The notes below the pieces were generated by a model that saw nothing but the letters and a program-made list of their open reading frames with translations, was not told where the DNA came from and made no database searches. A stretch of DNA of 32,000 bases from Thiohalomonadaceae bacterium (GTDB lineage: Bacteria; Pseudomonadota; Gammaproteobacteria; Thiohalomonadales; Thiohalomonadaceae), in the NCBI GenBank assembly GCA_050301795.1, contig JBNKZU010000038.1:19363-51362 (forward strand), written 5' to 3'. Every line of letters begins with the position of its first letter. The stretch's first letter is position 1. The translations under genes and the position numbers were made by a program. Shown piece after piece: positions 27,147-32,000 of the stretch.

Positions 27147-28313
27147 TTACCTTAGCACCTTCTCAATTCGTGAAACACCCTCTTTAAGCTTTTCGAGGGA
27201 TGTGGTGTAGGCAAAACGAAGGTAACGTCTTGGGTTGTTGTGACCAAAATCGATTCCGGGAGTCACGGCGACCTTGGCTTGTTCTAATAGCCGATTTGCC
27301 AGTTCGACACTGTCATCCGCCAGATCTCCAATATTGGCATAGAGATAAAAGGCGCCTTCCGGGATATGTGAAATCTTAAAACCAAGGCGCTGTAGCTCCG
27401 GTAGCAGATAGTCTCTGCGCGTCTTAAACTCTGCACGACGCGACTCGAGAATCGATATATTCTCAGGAGTAAATGCAGCCAGCGCAGCATACTGGGATAT
27501 GGTTGATGGTGCGATATAGAGATTCTGAGCCAGTTTTTCGATATTTCGCACCATGTGCTCAGGAACAACCATCCATCCCAAACGCCAACCGGTCATACAG
27601 AAGTATTTTGAGAAGCTGTTTATGATGATCGCATTATCATTGAAACGCACAGCGCTTGGCGGCTGCTTGTCATAGGTCAGGTTATGATAGATCTCATCTA
27701 CCAGGAGATAACCACTCTTCGATTGTATGAACTGATGGATCGCCTCAAGCTCATCTTCTGGGATCAGTGTGCCTGTGGGATTTGAGGGTGATGCAACCAT
27801 CGCCGCAACGGTATGATCACCCCAGTGCTGCTTAAGGCTTTCAAGATTAAGCTGAAATGCTGAGTTTTCATCGACATCAATTGCACGAACCCTTCCCTCG
27901 ACAAAACGGATAAAGTGACGATTGCAGGGATAACCGGGATCAGCAACCAACACCTCATCATCACGCCCCACAATGACCCCTAAGGCCAGCATTAATGCCC
28001 CTGATGCTCCGGAGGTTACAATGACACGTCCAGGGTCAACCGTTTGATGATAGCGATCCTGGTAGAACTGACTTATCGCCTCGCGCAACTCTGGCAGGCC
28101 TAGTGCATTCGTATAGTTGGTTAACCCCTGTTCGATCGCTGCCTTTGCGGCATTGCCTATCGGTGTTGGCGTATTAAAGTCCGGCTCCCCTACCTCCATG
28201 TGGATGATCGATTCGCCGTTTCGCTCCATCTCATTTGCCCGTCCGAGAAGCTCCATCACATAAAATGGCTCAATATCAGCCATTCGGGGAGCAACCGGCC
28301 GTTGACTAGGCAT
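27147..28313 (-). CDS. Class I/II PLP-dependent aminotransferase (aspartate-aminotransferase-like; substrate unknown)
   Basis: GEPDF.TP, SPSNPTG, and the PLP-lysine motif NSFSKYFCMTGWRLGW. 388 aa. Confidence 0.8.
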   Translation of the reverse strand: MPSQRPVAPRMADIEPFYVMELLGRANEMERNGESIIHMEVGEPDFNTPTPIGNAAKAAIEQGLTNYTNALGLPELREAISQFYQDRYHQTVDPGRVIVTSGASGALMLALGVIVGRDDEVLVADPGYPCNRHFIRFVEGRVRAIDVDENSAFQLNLESLKQHWGDHTVAAMVASPSNPTGTLIPEDELEAIHQFIQSKSGYLLVDEIYHNLTYDKQPPSAVRFNDNAIIINSFSKYFCMTGWRLGWMVVPEHMVRNIEKLAQNLYIAPSTISQYAALAAFTPENISILESRRAEFKTRRDYLLPELQRLGFKISHIPEGAFYLYANIGDLADDSVELANRLLEQAKVAVTPGIDFGHNNPRRYLRFAYTTSLEKLKEGVSRIEKVLR

Positions 28314-29061
28314 GATGGAGAGTGCTCACGAGATCGAGATCGAGAAATGTTTTACCCGCGCTACTCCCGTCTAGCACTGTAAATGGAAGATCTGGTTCCC
28401 CCCAATGATCTAAAACAATCGAGGCACCACTAAAATTGTCTTCAGCGGTATATCCATTAATCGCGACAATGGTCTTTAGTTTTGCCCCAAGTGATGAGCG
28501 AATGCCGTTATAGGAGTCTTCAAAGGCGATGCACTGCTCTGGTTTAAGTCCCATCTTATCCATCGCCCAGATGTAGATATCAGGAGCCGGTTTCTTGGCC
28601 GGAACAATATCACCTGCTGCAATGACCTCAAACCATGTCATCGCATCTGCTCCGAGGGTGTTCACAATCAGAGCTTCCACATTTGCTGGGGTGGTGGTGG
28701 TTGCTATCGCCAAACGCATTCCTGCCGCTTTTGAGGCTTCTATCAGGCGTTTTACACCAGGTCGTAGCGGGATCGCGCCTTGCGCTAGGAGTTGGGTGTA
28801 GTGTTCAGTCTTGGCCGCATGAAGCTGTGCGATAAATTGCTGTAGATCATCAGGAGATTGAAAATCGGTATTAAAGTGATCCAGATAGTAGCGAATGCGC
28901 TCCTTGCCACCGGTAACGGCCAATAGTTGTCCATAGAGTTCAGGTGTCCAAACCCAATCCAGACCAGCCTCTTTAAATGCAAGGTTAAACGCGACACGAT
29001 GACCATCGCGCTCGGTATCAGCGAGGGTTCCGTCAACATCGAATAGTAGTGCTTCTAACAT
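28306..29061 (-). CDS. cbbY: CbbY-like HAD-superfamily phosphatase (xylulose-1,5-bisphosphate phosphatase family)
   Basis: LLFDVDGTLADTE…AFN.AF…GLDW.W…Y..LL.VTGGKERI…LRPG…RLAIATTT…NVEAL…AAGD.V..KKPAPDIY…FEDS.NG, collinear with Rhodobacter CbbY as I remember it. 8-nt overlap with the aminotransferase gene. Confidence 0.75.
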   Translation of the reverse strand: MLEALLFDVDGTLADTERDGHRVAFNLAFKEAGLDWVWTPELYGQLLAVTGGKERIRYYLDHFNTDFQSPDDLQQFIAQLHAAKTEHYTQLLAQGAIPLRPGVKRLIEASKAAGMRLAIATTTTPANVEALIVNTLGADAMTWFEVIAAGDIVPAKKPAPDIYIWAMDKMGLKPEQCIAFEDSYNGIRSSLGAKLKTIVAINGYTAEDNFSGASIVLDHWGEPDLPFTVLDGSSAGKTFLDLDLVSTLHHA

Positions 29062-29226
29062 TATCTTTTGCTCAATTGTGGGTGATTGCAGGGAACACTT
29101 GAATTAAGGTGTTTTGTGTCAAAAAACAAGTCATGCCTAAAACTGTACTCAAGATGATTAGATTACCCGACTCAGCAATCCCCTATCAAATCTGATACAA
29201 TATCGGATTGTTTTACCCCGCTTTTG

Positions 29227-29255
29227 TTGCTATTTGCGGGTGAGTTTGGTATAGA
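29227..29255 (+). promoter_or_regulatory. Putative sigma70 promoter (extended -10) for dksA
   Basis: TTGCTA (29227-29232), 17-nt spacer ending in TGg, TATAGA (29250-29255), about 42 nt upstream of the dksA ATG. Confidence 0.4.
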
Positions 29256-29296
29256 TGCGCGCTTGATTTTTTTCGCGCTGATTGGGGAGATTGCGA

Positions 29297-29815
29297 ATGG
29301 CTGTAAAGAAAAAAGCCGTTACCAAGAAAAGTGTTAAGAAAAAGGCTGCGCCTAAGAAAAATGTAGCCACTAAAAAAACACCTAAAAAGAACACAAGTGC
29401 TGTCGATAATGTGGTCGACTTTACCCCTTATGAAGAGGTCAAGGGTGAGGACTACATGAGTTCGGACATGAAAGATCACTTCCGTGCCATTTTAATCGAT
29501 TGGAAAAATGAGCTTATGGAAGAGGTTGATCGAACTGTACATCACATGCAGGATGAAGCCGCAAACTTCCCCGATCCGAATGATCGCGCCACTCAGGAGT
29601 CTGAGTTCGCGATGGAGCTTCGCGCTCGTGATCGAGAACGCAAGCTGATCAAAAAGATCGATGAATCGATCAGTTTGATCGATGAGGATGAATATGGTTA
29701 CTGTGAAAGTTGTGGTGTGGAGATCGGCATTCGTCGCCTAGAAGCTCGCCCTACTGCCACGCTATGTATTGATTGCAAGACTTTAGATGAGATCCGCGAA
29801 AAACAGCGCGGATAA
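29297..29815 (+). CDS. dksA: RNA polymerase-binding transcription factor DksA with a lysine-rich N-terminal extension
   Basis: Core is near-identical in pattern to E. coli and Pseudomonas DksA ([46 protein letters not shown]; Zn finger [26 protein letters not shown]). I prefer the ATG at 29297, with GGAGA 7 nt upstream, over the TTG at 29282. Confidence 0.9.
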   Translation: MAVKKKAVTKKSVKKKAAPKKNVATKKTPKKNTSAVDNVVDFTPYEEVKGEDYMSSDMKDHFRAILIDWKNELMEEVDRTVHHMQDEAANFPDPNDRATQESEFAMELRARDRERKLIKKIDESISLIDEDEYGYCESCGVEIGIRRLEARPTATLCIDCKTLDEIREKQRG

Positions 29816-29835
29816 TCATCAACCAATGAACATGG

Positions 29836-30789
29836 ATGTTCAAACATATCAACATGCCTGATTCCGGCAACGACTCCACCTTCAAGCAACCCTATCGCGG
29901 CAGATTTGCCCCGTCTCCTACTGGACCACTCCATTTCGGTTCCCTCATTACTGCTGTCGCCAGTTATCTGGATGCAAGGCACGCGAATGGTGAGTGGTTG
30001 TTACGAATAGAGGATGTTGACACGCCAAGAACCAACGCAGGTGCTGTCGACTCAATTCTCACGACACTTGAGTTATATGGCTTTGAATGGGATGGTGAGG
30101 TCGTCTATCAAAGTCAGCGCAGCGCGCTCTATGAGGAGTACCTTGCTCAATTAGCACAACAATCACTCGTCTACGGCTGTGAATGTAGCCGTAAATCGAT
30201 ATCTGAGTACAAAAAGAGCCATCACTACCCTTTTGATGGATATCCGGCTATCTGTCGCAATAAGGGGCTTGCGCATCAAGGTCACACCATCCGCATCAAT
30301 ACCGAATCGTCTCAACCCGTGGGGTTTAAAGACGAAATCCAGGGAGAGTTGCAACAGACGATTGCTAAAGAGGTCGGTGATTTTGTCTTAAAGCGTCATG
30401 ATGGAGTCTACAGCTATCAACTTGCGGTGGTGGTTGATGATGAGTTACAGCAGATCAACCATATTGTGCGTGGGTTTGATCTCTTTGATAACACTCCGCG
30501 ACAGCTTCTACTGCAACACTATTTGGGTTTTAAAACACCGAACTATTGTCACATTCCAATCGCTGTAAACGAGCAACACCAGAAATTAAGCAAACAGACC
30601 CATGCCGCAGCAATCGATGGAAGCAATATCCAGCGTGATTTGATGTTGTCACTACGATTTCTGGGACAACCGTTCGATGAGAATTACCTCAGTTTACCGG
30701 TTAGTGAATTATGGAATAATGCGATTAAGCGTTGGGATCGTGGATTAATCCCAAGGAAATCCTCAATTGAATTTATTAGCGGATGCTGA
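29836..30789 (+). CDS. gluQ: Glutamyl-Q tRNA(Asp) synthetase (GluQRS/YadB)
   Basis: GRFAPSPTGPLHFGSL (HIGH-type motif), truncated GluRS catalytic domain, about 300 aa, KLSKQ motif. Conserved dksA-gluQ adjacency as in E. coli. An alternative start at ATG 29854 (MPDSGND…) is equally plausible. Confidence 0.85.
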   Translation: MFKHINMPDSGNDSTFKQPYRGRFAPSPTGPLHFGSLITAVASYLDARHANGEWLLRIEDVDTPRTNAGAVDSILTTLELYGFEWDGEVVYQSQRSALYEEYLAQLAQQSLVYGCECSRKSISEYKKSHHYPFDGYPAICRNKGLAHQGHTIRINTESSQPVGFKDEIQGELQQTIAKEVGDFVLKRHDGVYSYQLAVVVDDELQQINHIVRGFDLFDNTPRQLLLQHYLGFKTPNYCHIPIAVNEQHQKLSKQTHAAAIDGSNIQRDLMLSLRFLGQPFDENYLSLPVSELWNNAIKRWDRGLIPRKSSIEFISGC

Positions 30790-30830
30790 TATTAGTGAGC
30801 CTGTTTTGTAAAACCGATGAGAAAACACTC

Positions 30831-31274
30831 ATGAACGCTGTATATGAATCTCAATTTCAGATCAAATATCACGGATATCTCAGAAATATCCTGAAATGGG
30901 ATGAGCTAGATGCTTTGTGGCAGCAGATCATGGCACAGAGTAGTGAGAATGAGTGGTTTATCTATGCAACCGGAGAGACGTGTCCTGTTGAGCAGGTAAC
31001 ACAAGTTAAGCTCGGAACCTTCATCACCGAGATCAATCATCTGTTACGAAAAGAGCATCACCATGACTACTGTGGCATTGTCTATGTCGATAATATAGAG
31101 CAGCCTCAGATGGTGAAGATCTATGATCCCAATAATCTTGGTAGCGTTTGTGGTAGCAGCTCTCTTCCGGCACCACTGCCTGGATGGGTATTATCCACCC
31201 ATCCGCCTGAGCCTCTGCTCCAGGCAACGATTACACCACAGAACAGACGTCGATGGTGGCAACAACTCTTCTAG
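30831..31274 (+). CDS. Hypothetical protein (147 aa), no family recognised
   Basis: Long ORF with codon usage like its neighbours. The start is uncertain: ATG 30831 is chosen, while ATG 30783 would overlap the gluQ stop by 7 nt. Contains HHHDYCG and GSVCGSS motifs. Confidence 0.5.
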   Translation: MNAVYESQFQIKYHGYLRNILKWDELDALWQQIMAQSSENEWFIYATGETCPVEQVTQVKLGTFITEINHLLRKEHHHDYCGIVYVDNIEQPQMVKIYDPNNLGSVCGSSSLPAPLPGWVLSTHPPEPLLQATITPQNRRRWWQQLF

Positions 31275-31279
31275 CTTCC

Positions 31280-31993
31280 CTATTTGCTGGTGATAGTTTC
31301 AAGCAGCTTTTTAGGTGGCTGATATCCAGGGATTAAGGTTCCATCCGCCAATAGCAAGGCTGGAGTACCACTAACACCGAACTTCTTACCTAACATCATG
31401 TGTTTAACCACAGGGTTTTCACAGCTTTCAGACTTTTCAGCATTGCCTGTCTTTTTTGCAAAATCCATTGCAGCCTGTTTGTCCTTAGCACACCAAACGG
31501 ATACCGCTTTTCGATACGATTCTGAGTTAAGACCTGCCCGTGGATAGGCAAGATAACGAATCGTTATTCCGAGATCATTCATCTCCTGCATTCCAGAGTG
31601 AAGTTTTCGACAATAACCACAATCAATATCAGTAAAGACGGTAACAACATGCTTCTGTTCACCATTGGCCTTATAAACAATCATCTCATTTTCATTCAGC
31701 TCACTCATGAACTGTTTACGACCTTCATTACGTCGGGATTCAGTAAGATTGCTCATATCATTAAGCTTGATCAGATCGCCGGTAATCAGATAACGACCAT
31801 CCTCAGAGATGTAGTAATAGTTATTGCCATACTGAACCTCATAGATTCCCTTTGCTTCTGATGACCTGATTCCATCCGGTGCTGATGGAATGATGGCTGA
31901 TAGGCTCTTCTTAATCAGTTCAGGTGTACTATCTTCTTGAGCGACTCCATTGATGGCGATTAAAGCCAAAAGCAGTGGAGCAATTCTAATCAT
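31280..31993 (-). CDS. dsbC: Thiol:disulfide interchange protein DsbC
   Basis: Signal peptide, then VVTVFTDIDCGYCRKLH (CxxC), GITIRYLAYPR, AVSVWCAKDK and GVSGTPALLLADGTLIPGYQPP, collinear with E. coli DsbC. Confidence 0.9.
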   Translation of the reverse strand: MIRIAPLLLALIAINGVAQEDSTPELIKKSLSAIIPSAPDGIRSSEAKGIYEVQYGNNYYYISEDGRYLITGDLIKLNDMSNLTESRRNEGRKQFMSELNENEMIVYKANGEQKHVVTVFTDIDCGYCRKLHSGMQEMNDLGITIRYLAYPRAGLNSESYRKAVSVWCAKDKQAAMDFAKKTGNAEKSESCENPVVKHMMLGKKFGVSGTPALLLADGTLIPGYQPPKKLLETITSK

Positions 31994-32000
31994 GGTTTTT

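Noticed and set aside
29257-29278. GCGCG-N12-CGCGC hairpin in the dksA leader as a terminator or attenuator
   Set aside because: The T-run lies inside the loop, not after the stem. The 5-bp stem is weak, so this is at most a minor 5'-UTR structure.
29213-29479. 88-aa minus-strand ORF across the dksA 5' end
   Set aside because: It is the mirror image of the AAG/AAA-rich lysine codons, giving F/L-rich nonsense. The DksA frame is the real one.

Overview
This 32-kb window looks like core chromosome of a sulfur-oxidising, probably autotrophic gammaproteobacterium. That reading rests on gene content only: the tail of a dsr cluster, a cbbY-like gene, and classic smc-zipA-ligA and dksA-gluQ synteny. 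I support about 33 protein-coding genes at very high coding density, many joined by 1-10 nt overlaps. I found no rRNA, tRNA, CRISPR array, transposase, integrase, phage gene or recognisable defence system. No intergenic gap exceeds about 235 nt. Layout: (i) 1-4944 (+) holds a partial upstream ORF, dsrO, dsrP, a terminator, a YbiB/TrpD2-like gene, dsrN and dsrR. (ii) 5033-8529 (+) holds a NarX/NarL-type two-component system followed directly by a CsiV-like periplasmic protein. (iii) 8591-13017 (-) is an overlapping six-gene operon: CYTH, L,D-transpeptidase, nagZ, MscS-family channel, hpt and MTA phosphorylase. (iv) A cupin gene and a small beta-barrel gene converge at 13.1-14.0 kb. (v) 14057-20904 (-) holds smc, zipA, ligA and msrA. 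(vi) 21037-25528 (+) holds queF, an FGGY kinase, cysZ, a GGDEF cyclase and a Bax/GH73-like protein. (vii) 25611-29061 (-) holds cbbY, an aminotransferase, acuI/yhdH and a PaaI-type thioesterase. (viii) 29297-31274 (+) holds dksA, gluQ and a hypothetical gene, converging on dsbC (31280-31993, -). I see no clear-cut new multi-gene system. The best candidates for undescribed biology are at the dsr cluster tail. They are a TrpD2-fold gene placed behind an internal terminator and coupled to dsrN, a DsrR with a C-terminal Cys tail, and a NarX-type kinase that has no periplasmic sensor domain. A DksA with a histone-H1-like lysine-rich N-terminus is also notable. All identifications come from reading motifs by eye against remembered family sequences. 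No database search was run.
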